Assembly (NCBI GenBank): GCA_040878325.1
Contig: JBBDMM010000002.1
Coordinates: 1 to 64,000 of the forward strand
Reading direction: 5' to 3'
Source: Acidimicrobiia bacterium
GTDB taxonomy: Bacteria; Actinomycetota; Acidimicrobiia; Spongiisociales; UBA11373
DNA: 64,000 nt
This document shows, piece after piece, positions 55,622-64,000 of the stretch. A program made the translations under genes and the position numbers. How positions within the stretch are numbered: position 1 is the first letter of the stretch; every line of letters begins with the position of its first letter. Below the pieces are notes generated by a model. The model had not been told where the DNA came from, ran no database searches, and saw only the letters and a list, made by a program, of their open reading frames with translations.

Positions 55622-58600
55622 CTACGCGGCCACCTTGAGGAACTCGTCGATTGTCTCGAAGAGTCGGTCCAGGTCGTCGGCGCCGAACAGAACGTCGGGG
55701 CCCTCTGGGGCGTAGGCCGTGAAGGGGGACTCGTAGATGCGGCGCTTCTCGACGAAGCCGTGTTCAGTGAGGTAGTTGATGATCAGGTTGACGAACTCGA
55801 TCTGGTTTCTTGTGTACTGGGCCTCATCGAGGAAGTCCGCGAACGCACGCTTCGCGGCCGCGCGATCGAGCCCGACCAGTGACCGGATGAACAGTCCGAA
55901 GCTTCCGACTCGCTCAGCCGCCGTGGCGAACAGCTCCTCATCGCCCAGGCCCGCCTCGAGAAGGGTCCGCTGGAGTTGTGCCAGGTCTCCGGCGGCAATC
56001 GGCTCGCCGTTGCGGACCTTCACTACGGCTGGGGTGTCGAGGTGTTCCTTCAGATAGTGCTGCACCTTCTTCTCGAATTGGGCGAATCCGCTGCCACCGG
56101 CACCGCCTCCAGCTCCGAATATGGCAACCTCGTCGCCCTCACCGATCGCGTCGTCGAAGTCGGAGTACACGACGTTCTTGCGTGCCTTCTCGATCAGCGG
56201 GACCAGAAGTCGAAGCCGCTTCCTGACTTCTTCGAGCATCGGGTAGGTGGCATCTACCCACCACTCGTCCTCCTGCACCGCAAGGATCAACTCCAAGTGC
56301 TCGGCGATCACCGGGATCGCCTGCTGGTCTTCGAGCAGCCCTGCGATGCGCATGACCATGCCCCTCTGGCGCTCGAATGGATCGCCTCGAAGGAGCCTGA
56401 GCTGCGCGTTGAGGACCAAGACGTCGAACCGCTTGGCGTCTTCGTGCTCGGGGTCGAGCTGGTCGGGAAGATCGGCGAGCGAGTCCGCCAGCGAGGCAAG
56501 ATCCTCCACCGACATGGTCTCCCATGCGTCGGATTCGCGGAACCGTTCGACGAGTTCGAGGTGTGGTCGCACCAGAAAGTTGTCCGGGTTCATCGACGCG
56601 ATCTTGTCGCGGAGCACCTTCGCCAACACAGATCGCTCGTCGTCGTGGACTCCAAGCGCGTCCAGCGCCTGGATCAGCTCGAGTCGGGTCTTGAAGATCT
56701 GCACACTGAGAGGCAACCCGACAGCGGTCTCCGCGGACCCCAGTGGATGGCTGAAGTACTCGAGGTTCTGGCAAAAGTCGAAAATGCTGAAGGCGGTCTT
56801 GTGCTGGCCCGGGCCGAACAGATCGGGGCACAACCGCGTTCCGCGACCGATCATCTGCCAGAACTTCGTCTTTGATCTGACCTGTTTGAAGAACACGAGG
56901 TTCACGCACTCAGGTACGTCGATCCCGGTGTCGAGCATGTCCACCGAGATCGCGATATGTGGTGACTTCTCCTTGATCGAGAAGTCGTCGATCAGGCTCT
57001 GCGCGTACTTGGTGCTGTGCGTCACAACCCGGGCGAAGTTGCCGTTGTCGAGTGCCGGGAAGTGGGTGATGAACCGCTCGTAGATGAACTCCGCGTGTTT
57101 CTGGTTCTTTGCAAAGATGATGGTCTTGCCAAGCCGATCGCCCCCGGCAACCTTGAGACCGAAGGTCATCAGGTGTTTGAGCACCTTGTCGACGGTGTCC
57201 TTGTTGAACAGCCACTTGTTGAGTTGGGCGGCCCCCACTTCGCCGGGGGGGTCAAGCACGTTACCGTCCTCGTCTTCGCCCCAGTCCAACTCGTCCCACT
57301 CGTCCTTCTCGTCCTCGGAGAGATCGTCGTACTTGATTCCCGACCGCACGAACTTCAGCGGTACCGACACCGCCTGAGGCGGAACCAGGAATCCATCATC
57401 GATCGCCTGTTCCAGTGAGTACACATCGGTGGGGACGCCTGTCTCGAGGTCGAACAGGTCGTAAGTGTTCTTGCTGACCTCGTCCTTCGGGGTGGCGGTG
57501 AGGCCGACGAGCAGAGAATCGAAGTAATCGAAAATACCCTTGTACTTGCGGTACACCGACCGGTGGGCCTCGTCGATGATCACCAGATCGAAGTGGCCGA
57601 CCCCGAAACGGCGGGTGCCGTCGGGCTTGTACTCGTCGATCTTCCCGATCATCGTCTGATACGTCGAGACGTAGATCCGCCCGTCCTGGTCCCCCTCGGT
57701 GACCAGATTGACAGCGGACGAGTGGGGCAACTGGGTCTTGAAGACGTTGACGGTCTGGTTGACCAGGGCTGTGCGGTCGGCGAGAAACAGCACACGCTTC
57801 ACCCAGTTGGCACGCATCAGTAGGTCGGCCAACGCAATCACATTGCGTGTCTTGCCGGCACCAGTGGCCATGACGATCAGTGCCTTGCGCTGCCGATCAT
57901 TTTCGAAGTGCTCTGCCACTGCCCGAACAGCACGGCGGTGGTAGTACCGCTCCACGATCTTGCCGTCGATCTCCACCTCCGCGAGCGGGATTCGAGATTT
58001 GCGGCGTTGCACCAGCAGGGCCAACTCGTCCTTGGTGTAGAAGCCCTGGACCGGCCGTGGTGGGTAGTAGGTGTCGTCCCACAGCCAGTGGTCATATCCG
58101 TTGGAGTAGAAGATCACCGGGCGCTGGCCCGTGGTCGCCTCAAGACAGTCGGCATAGAGCTTGGCCTGTTGCTGGCCAGTTTGCGGGCTCACCAAGGTTT
58201 TCTTCGCCTCGATCAGCGCAAGCGGCAAACCGTCATCACCCCACAGGACGTAGTCGACGTAGCCGATGCCCGAAGCCGACGGCATGCCGTGCACCTCGAA
58301 CTCGCGGTCCCGCGCATCGGTGAGGCCCCATCCGGCCTCTGTTAACAGGGCATCGATCTTGAAGCGCCGGGTCTCCGCCTCCGACCAATCGAACTCCTCC
58401 GCAGGAATCGCAGCCGCGGCCTTCTTTGCAGCAGCAATCTGGGCGATCAGTGCCGCTCGCTCAGCTTCGAGATCCTCAATGGTGCGACCTGCCTCAGCCA
58501 GACGCAGCCTTGCCTCCTCAGCGTCGGCTGCCTCGGCCTCCAGCCGTTCTTCGAGCTCCTGACGCTCCTTCAACGATGCGGAGTGGCCGACCTCCTCAGG

Positions 58601-59029
58601 CTTCAGGAGATTGGGGTCGAACCGAAGACCGTGGTCCGGCTTCTGAGCACGGCCGTAGGTGAACGCCAACCAGAAACAGAACTGGAAAAGCGCCGACACC
58701 ACCTCGACCGCTTCAAGACTCGTCGGCGGCTTTGACTCATGGACCGCCCGATTCCCGGCGCGCTGAATCTTCTTCGCCACACGGAACACATGACCATCGG
58801 CGAGCGCCTTGAATGCTGGCTCGTTCACGTACGCGTTCAGGGCAGCCTCGTACGGCTGCGGCAGCTGCCCATCATGCGCGTACACCCACTTGACGCCCGA
58901 CTCCAACGCCCGCCGCGCATGGATCGCCGCCGCCCCCGGATCAGACAGCGCATATCGCTCCGCCTTCTCGGCTGCCTCAAAGGCAGAAGGGAACTCAGCC
59001 CGAAGAAACGAGAACTGCGACTCGCTCAC
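55622..59029 (-). CDS. hsdR: Type I restriction enzyme R subunit
   Basis: VDY..IEAK nuclease, MATGAGKT, DEAH, QMIGRGTR. Confidence 0.95.
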   Translation of the reverse strand: MSESQFSFLRAEFPSAFEAAEKAERYALSDPGAAAIHARRALESGVKWVYAHDGQLPQPYEAALNAYVNEPAFKALADGHVFRVAKKIQRAGNRAVHESKPPTSLEAVEVVSALFQFCFWLAFTYGRAQKPDHGLRFDPNLLKPEEVGHSASLKERQELEERLEAEAADAEEARLRLAEAGRTIEDLEAERAALIAQIAAAKKAAAAIPAEEFDWSEAETRRFKIDALLTEAGWGLTDARDREFEVHGMPSASGIGYVDYVLWGDDGLPLALIEAKKTLVSPQTGQQQAKLYADCLEATTGQRPVIFYSNGYDHWLWDDTYYPPRPVQGFYTKDELALLVQRRKSRIPLAEVEIDGKIVERYYHRRAVRAVAEHFENDRQRKALIVMATGAGKTRNVIALADLLMRANWVKRVLFLADRTALVNQTVNVFKTQLPHSSAVNLVTEGDQDGRIYVSTYQTMIGKIDEYKPDGTRRFGVGHFDLVIIDEAHRSVYRKYKGIFDYFDSLLVGLTATPKDEVSKNTYDLFDLETGVPTDVYSLEQAIDDGFLVPPQAVSVPLKFVRSGIKYDDLSEDEKDEWDELDWGEDEDGNVLDPPGEVGAAQLNKWLFNKDTVDKVLKHLMTFGLKVAGGDRLGKTIIFAKNQKHAEFIYERFITHFPALDNGNFARVVTHSTKYAQSLIDDFSIKEKSPHIAISVDMLDTGIDVPECVNLVFFKQVRSKTKFWQMIGRGTRLCPDLFGPGQHKTAFSIFDFCQNLEYFSHPLGSAETAVGLPLSVQIFKTRLELIQALDALGVHDDERSVLAKVLRDKIASMNPDNFLVRPHLELVERFRESDAWETMSVEDLASLADSLADLPDQLDPEHEDAKRFDVLVLNAQLRLLRGDPFERQRGMVMRIAGLLEDQQAIPVIAEHLELILAVQEDEWWVDATYPMLEEVRKRLRLLVPLIEKARKNVVYSDFDDAIGEGDEVAIFGAGGGAGGSGFAQFEKKVQHYLKEHLDTPAVVKVRNGEPIAAGDLAQLQRTLLEAGLGDEELFATAAERVGSFGLFIRSLVGLDRAAAKRAFADFLDEAQYTRNQIEFVNLIINYLTEHGFVEKRRIYESPFTAYAPEGPDVLFGADDLDRLFETIDEFLKVAA

Positions 59030-60201
59030 AACTCGCCTCGGAAAGCTCGCTGCTGGAGGGAGGCGAACAGGGTGTCGAGCCGAGACTCCGAATCACGCAG
59101 CTCTGCCACCCGCCGATCGACCGAGCTCTTCGATCCGGCGAAGGACCCTTGCAGTGAAAGCGGAGGCACCGGAATCTCAGCCCTGCCGATAATGCCCATG
59201 TTGAGACCCGGCATCACAGCGCCCCGCGTCGCTCCTAGCTGGCGGCGGACGTCGGGGTGGATGCTCAAGCAACCCCAAAGGTAATCAGGAAGGCACCGAC
59301 CCTGGTCGAGGGTTATGCAACATAGGTGCTTCGTATTGATGGCAGTCGGTATGCCGTCAGGTACAACGGCAACTCTCCCGCACGTCGCCATGATGGTCAC
59401 GAGTACGTCGCCCGGGAACACGGTGTACCGCTTCAGATTCTCGTACTTCTCGTGAGAGATGTAGCGTCGCTCTCCCCACGCGAATCGGTTCTGGACGGCG
59501 TTGTCGATGCCAAGGACGGCAACGCCGGCGTCCGTGAACTCCGAGTGGAGAAGCTGGCTGCCGAATGGACCGGTCCGAATCGATCCCTTCGTCGGAGCGG
59601 CCAGCTCGTCGATGGTGGAGACAGTCCACTCACTCGTGCCGGCCTTGACGAACATGTCGATGAAGATGGCCTCGGTGAGGGTGTCGAGCTTGGCGATGGC
59701 TTGGCGGCGCTTGGCTCGGAGCGCATCTGCCGCGTCCAACACCGCCGCAATCCGCCGCTGCTCCTCAATCGGCGGCAGCGGGATCTCAAGCTCGGCCAGG
59801 CCCCCGTTGGTTATTGCAGGCTGTATGGCCCCGGTGCATAGACGGTCCTTCGCAGTTTGAAACTCGCAACTCAACAGGTAGTTGCGCAAGTACGCGGGCT
59901 CCAAGTGACCCGCCCGCGCTCGCAAGATGACGAATCCCGTGGAGAGGATGAGCAACTCGTCGCTCGCACTGAACTCTCGGACCTTCGTTGTGCCGCGCAT
60001 CCGCGCCAGACAGACGTCGCCAGCTCGGACTTGTAAGTTTGCCCGACTCGGTCGCTGGTCATAGGTGACTGAAGCGGACTCCAGGCGTCCGTCATCGTGA
60101 AGGTCTCCGGTGGCAACGTACGGACGGGTACCTTGAAAAGGCTGCACCCGATCAGGCGCCAGATCAGCAACATCCAGAAGTGGCACCTTCAGGTGGGTCA
60201 T
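59026..60201 (-). CDS. hsdS: Type I R-M specificity subunit
   Basis: IPLPPIEEQRRI and IPVPPLSLQ repeats, AFRGEL end. Confidence 0.93.
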   Translation of the reverse strand: MTHLKVPLLDVADLAPDRVQPFQGTRPYVATGDLHDDGRLESASVTYDQRPSRANLQVRAGDVCLARMRGTTKVREFSASDELLILSTGFVILRARAGHLEPAYLRNYLLSCEFQTAKDRLCTGAIQPAITNGGLAELEIPLPPIEEQRRIAAVLDAADALRAKRRQAIAKLDTLTEAIFIDMFVKAGTSEWTVSTIDELAAPTKGSIRTGPFGSQLLHSEFTDAGVAVLGIDNAVQNRFAWGERRYISHEKYENLKRYTVFPGDVLVTIMATCGRVAVVPDGIPTAINTKHLCCITLDQGRCLPDYLWGCLSIHPDVRRQLGATRGAVMPGLNMGIIGRAEIPVPPLSLQGSFAGSKSSVDRRVAELRDSESRLDTLFASLQQRAFRGEL

Positions 60202-61754
60202 CCGAGCATCGCCCTGAGCTCGTCAAGTCCCTCTTTGATGTCCCCTTCCAGCGCGGCCAAGTCATCGAGGATCTCTACCGGCGCCGGATAGTCGATCCCG
60301 TCGTACACGATCTCCTTGTAGCGGTTGATGCTCAGGTCGTAGTCGTTGGCCACGATGTCGGTCTTGGGGACGCAGAATGACTGGTCGGTGCGTGCCCGGG
60401 CGCGTTCCGACTCGTCGCGGTCAAACCATCGGGCGAGGGCATCGGGAAGGTTGTTGCGGGCGTGCTCGTCCTTGGTCAGCGGCACGTCGGGTACGGCGCC
60501 GAGCTTGCCTTCCGGGAGCAGCGGGGTGCGCTTGTCGTCAAGGCTGTATCCGTCGGCTTGGAGGTCGTAGAACCACACATGGTCGGTGCCGCCTGAGTCG
60601 GTCTTGGTGAACAACAGGATGGCGGTGGAGACCCCGGCATACGGCTTGAACACGCCCGATGGAAGCGAAACGATGCCGTCGAGTTTCTGGTCCTCGACCA
60701 GGATGCGACGCAGCTCCTTGTGGGCCTTGGTCGAGCCGAAGAGCACGCCGTCGGGGACGATGATCGCTGCCCGTCCGCCCGGCTTGAGGAGGCGCAGGCA
60801 CAGCGCCAGAAACAGCAGCTCGGTCTTCTTGGTCTTAACCACCTGGAGCAGATCCTTGGCAGTGCTCTCGTAGTCGAGCGACCCGGCAAAAGGTGGGTTA
60901 GCCAATACCAGCGAATACGCCTCGATATCGCCGGCGTGATCCTCGGCCAGGGAGTCCCGATACTCGACCTTCGGGTTCTGGACGCCGTGGAGTTGCATGT
61001 TCATCGACCCGATTCGCAGCATCGTGTTGTCGAAGTCGTACCCGTGGAACATCCCGTTGTGAAAGTGCTTCGACTTCTCGGGATCGGTCAGGGCAGACGG
61101 GTCAGTGCGCTCGATGTATTCACGCGCTGCGACCAGGAACCCACAGGTGCCACACGCTGGGTCGCAGATCGAATCGGTAACAGTCGGCGCCGTCATCTCC
61201 ACCATCAATCGGATGATGTGACGGGGCGTACGGAACTGCCCGTTCTGTCCGGCTGAGGCGATCTTGGACAGCATGTACTCGTAGACATCGCCCTTGGTGT
61301 CGCGGTCTGCCATGGGGACCGCATCGAGCCCGTCGACTGCCTTTTGGAGCAGGGCCGGAGTGGGAATGGTCAGGCGAGCTCCGGCCATGTGCCGGGCATG
61401 CGAGCTGTTGGCAGCCCGGGCCTGCAGGAATGGGAACACATACTTGTCTACGAGTTGGTACAGATCCTGGGGGTTGCCGAGATCCTTGAAGCGAGACCAG
61501 CGCAGATCGGAGTAGGGGCGGCCCTCTGCCATCCCGTCGGGCTTGAACTCCTTACCCTCAGGAAAGATCACATCATCGAGAGGCTCGCCAGTCCGGTTGG
61601 CCTTGTTCTCAGCCAAGGTCTGCCGCTCGTCGAGACCTTTGATGAAGAGTAGGTAGGTGAGTTGTTCCATCACCTCGAGGGGGTTGGAGATGCCCCCCGA
61701 CCAGAAGTCGTTCCAGACGGCGTCGATCTTCTGCTTCAGATCCCCCGTGATCAC
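60198..61754 (-). CDS. hsdM: Type I R-M methyltransferase
   Basis: GQFRTPRH, DPACGTCGF, NPPF. Confidence 0.96.
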   Translation of the reverse strand: MITGDLKQKIDAVWNDFWSGGISNPLEVMEQLTYLLFIKGLDERQTLAENKANRTGEPLDDVIFPEGKEFKPDGMAEGRPYSDLRWSRFKDLGNPQDLYQLVDKYVFPFLQARAANSSHARHMAGARLTIPTPALLQKAVDGLDAVPMADRDTKGDVYEYMLSKIASAGQNGQFRTPRHIIRLMVEMTAPTVTDSICDPACGTCGFLVAAREYIERTDPSALTDPEKSKHFHNGMFHGYDFDNTMLRIGSMNMQLHGVQNPKVEYRDSLAEDHAGDIEAYSLVLANPPFAGSLDYESTAKDLLQVVKTKKTELLFLALCLRLLKPGGRAAIIVPDGVLFGSTKAHKELRRILVEDQKLDGIVSLPSGVFKPYAGVSTAILLFTKTDSGGTDHVWFYDLQADGYSLDDKRTPLLPEGKLGAVPDVPLTKDEHARNNLPDALARWFDRDESERARARTDQSFCVPKTDIVANDYDLSINRYKEIVYDGIDYPAPVEILDDLAALEGDIKEGLDELRAMLG

Positions 61755-61938
61755 GTCGTCGCCTCCTCCGCCCCGGCATTGCCTCTGCCTCTACATCGCG
61801 CCAACACCAAATCACGCCGTCTTGAGGCTGGCCACCTGGCTCGAAAACTCCGGGTGCCGGCGACGCCAATCGTGCATTATGACCGTGCCGAGAGCCCTCC
61901 ATCGGCCCGCACTACCCTCAGCCTCGGCACCGGAACGC

Positions 61939-61975
61939 GTTTCCCGCCAACGAACGCGCGCACCCGCCCTCGTAG
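61939..61975 (+). repeat. Copy of tRNA-Arg leader plus first 10 nt of the tRNA
   Basis: 32/37 identity with 63684-63720; TACCCT upstream of both. Confidence 0.85.
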
Positions 61976-62134
61976 GGACGGGCGCGAAACCCGGGATGCG
62001 TTGACCGCCTAGCGGCGTGGTCGGGGTCCGGAACGTGGTTCGGCGATTTTCGGAACGCTCAGCACGAGCGCCAGGGCACAGCCAGCCCCTCAGCTCACAT
62101 GTGGGAAGGTCGACAGACAAGGCCTCGGACATGG

Positions 62135-62166
62135 CATGCACGGCACTCCTGAGACTGCCGTGCATG
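62135..62166. terminator. 11-bp hairpin downstream of ATPase gene
   Basis: CATGCACGGCA-ctcctgagac-TGCCGTGCATG. Confidence 0.55.
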
Positions 62167-62187
62167 TGGATCTCCGCCCACGAACGG

Positions 62188-63360
62188 TTACGGGCCGGGG
62201 ATTGCTCGCTTGAGAAACTGATCGAATAGAGGCACAGTGAATGCGGTGTCACCGTGAGCAGGGCTGTAGATCATCCCCTTCTTGATCAACCCAGAGCGCC
62301 GCGGGGCCACACTCTCAACCCGCACTCCCAAAGCCTGAGCGATGTCTCCGCTTCGTTGGGGGCCGGGGCCGAGTTCGGCCATTGCCCGAACGTACTCCCG
62401 CTCTTTGGGCGTTAGCCGGTCGAGGCGTACCCGAAAGAAATTCGAGTCCAGCGCCGATTCCACCAGTCGCGTCGCAGCTTCAACATCCTCGAACTTGATC
62501 CTCTCAACGGACGCCGAGTTCCAGGCGTGTTTGCCCCACTCCTGAAGAAAGTAGGGGTACCCCGCAGCCCGGCGAACCATGGCGGTCAAGGCATCTTCTT
62601 CAATCACGACCCCTGCCGCTTCTGCCGGTACCGCAAGAGCTGCCCGCGCCTCGGCGTCCGGTAGGGCGCCGATGAGCGGAAACTCGAACAGCCTCTCCGA
62701 GTAGGACTTTGCCTCACCCGCGAGTCCAGGCAGCTGTGGGAGTCCGGCTCCCACAAGTACTACTGGCAGGTTCAACTGGGTAGTCCGGTGGATACCCACG
62801 ATCAGGGCAGCTAACTCCTCGGAGTCGAGATACTGCACTTCGTCCACCGCGATGAATACCCCGAGTCCGCGGTCAGCGCCAGCTTCCCCTGTCGCGACCA
62901 GCAGCTCGGTCAGATCCTCCGAGAGGACCCCCGAGTCTCCCGTTCCCCGAATCGGGTCCACATCGATCCTTATTGAATGACCGTCGGGGAGTGTCAAGGT
63001 GAAGCTCCCAAGGACCCCGAGAGCCTTATTGACAGCCCGGGAGACCGGACCGGATGACAACGAAGCAAGGATCGCGCGCACCTTCACGGCCAGAAGCGTT
63101 GGGAAGCTGCCGGTTTCCGGAGCTTCGAGGAAGCCTGTCTTGTAGCCTTCGTCGCGGGCGATCTCCTCAAAGCGATTCAGGAGCACCGTCTTGCCCACTC
63201 CACGGAGGCCGGTTGGCATCAGGCTCTTGTCCGGAAGCCCGCGCAGCGCACGCCTAATGGTTATCCCGAAGCTGTTGATCAGTTCGTCTCGGCCAACCAG
63301 GGCGGGCGGACTGGTCCCGGCGCCTGGGCGGTAGGGGTTTTCAAGCGGGTCCATGGCCAA
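62188..63360 (-). CDS. P-loop ATPase with C-terminal winged helix
   Basis: NPY.PG, GLRGVGKT, IAVDEVQ, GYPYFLQ. Confidence 0.88.
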   Translation of the reverse strand: MAMDPLENPYRPGAGTSPPALVGRDELINSFGITIRRALRGLPDKSLMPTGLRGVGKTVLLNRFEEIARDEGYKTGFLEAPETGSFPTLLAVKVRAILASLSSGPVSRAVNKALGVLGSFTLTLPDGHSIRIDVDPIRGTGDSGVLSEDLTELLVATGEAGADRGLGVFIAVDEVQYLDSEELAALIVGIHRTTQLNLPVVLVGAGLPQLPGLAGEAKSYSERLFEFPLIGALPDAEARAALAVPAEAAGVVIEEDALTAMVRRAAGYPYFLQEWGKHAWNSASVERIKFEDVEAATRLVESALDSNFFRVRLDRLTPKEREYVRAMAELGPGPQRSGDIAQALGVRVESVAPRRSGLIKKGMIYSPAHGDTAFTVPLFDQFLKRAIPGP

Positions 63361-63710
63361 ACCTTATCAAGCTTATTCGGTGGACGGATAAGGTCTGTTG
63401 AGATGTCGAAGCCGACATGAGGGAAGACGAGTTCGGAGCCTCGACTCCGACGAGAACACCCTCGATCACTCCGTATGGCAGATCCCCGGGCCTCCGCCGC
63501 CCACGACCGACGACTCGCGCGCGAGAGCGCCGGTCCACCACTTGCCGAATAAGGCAGGCGCCACTCCTAAGGCCCGGAAACCAGAAAGAACTATCGGATT
63601 CAGATAAGTCCTTAGTAGAGCTCCCGCCACCCCGGAAGACCATCTCGGAGCCATTACCCTCCCCCAGCAGTGGCCTGGGCCCAGTTTCGCGCCACGAAAC
63701 GCGCCCACCC

Positions 63711-63783
63711 GCCCTCGTAGCTCAGTGGAGAAGAGCAACGGTTTCCTAAACCGTGTGCGAAGGTTCAATTCCTTCCGGGGGCA
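63711..63783 (+). tRNA. tRNA-Arg(CCT)
   Basis: GCCCTCG/CGGGGGC acceptor; ACGGT-TT CCT AA-ACCGT; GGTTCAATTCC. Confidence 0.95.
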
Positions 63784-63828
63784 CCCGCACGCCGTTTCTT
63801 GTCACACCCGAGTGGCACATTGCAAGCC

Positions 63829-64000
63829 ATGGAACGGCACTATCTCATCGAGGCGGTCGGGTTTGCCCGTAAGGCGAATCAGGCGTTGTCGCCTGGCCGC
63901 TGTTCGGAGGCTGAGGCTCGGGAGATGCTGGGGCGGTATGCCGAGTTGGAGAAGCTCGCCGCGTTCGGCAAGACGGCGTTGGCGGCCCGGCTCGGTGATC
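63829..64000 (+). CDS. Partial ORF, probably DUF222/HNH (13E12-like) N-terminus
   Basis: MERHYLIEAV...YAELEKLAAFGKTALAARL; open at window end. Confidence 0.5.
   Translation, partial: MERHYLIEAVGFARKANQALSPGRCSEAEAREMLGRYAELEKLAAFGKTALAARLGD

Noticed and set aside
54957..63700. Intact prophage or ICE
   Set aside because: No integrase, transposase, conjugation or phage structural genes in the window

Overview
High-GC bacterial chromosomal segment, most likely an actinobacterium of the Acidimicrobiia type (inferred from bL37, an F420-type PPOX protein, a GlpR/SepX-like protein, a DUF222-like gene start and pervasive leaderless promoters); one 10-N gap at 35763-35772 shows a draft assembly. It contains the housekeeping block rsmI-abrB-metG-tatD-rsmA-ispE-tRNA-Gln-glmU-prs-[3 inserted genes]-rplY-pth-glpK, then acs, a translin homologue, Moco genes, plsY, mtnP, uppP, a P-type ATPase, nfuA, plsB, a PAS histidine kinase, split aconitase X, fabH, a COG2403 synthetase, a large TPR-TM-beta-propeller protein, an ECF sigma/anti-sigma pair, and a defence islet (PD-(D/E)xK nuclease, type I hsdMSR, ATPase) before tRNA-Arg(CCT). 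The most unusual signals are non-coding: (1) three remodelled tRNA-Gln-derived units in tandem upstream of the intact tRNA-Gln, each with its own -10 box; (2) two 93-bp palindromes with identical architecture but largely covaried sequence; (3) a 14-codon ORF led by a 17-nt complement of the 16S rRNA 3' end inside a potentially switchable structure; (4) a GTAG-type REP-like hairpin with heptamer tails, usually right after stop codons; (5) partial duplications at tRNA-Arg and tRNA-Ala. All calls come from motif recognition by eye; no searches were run.
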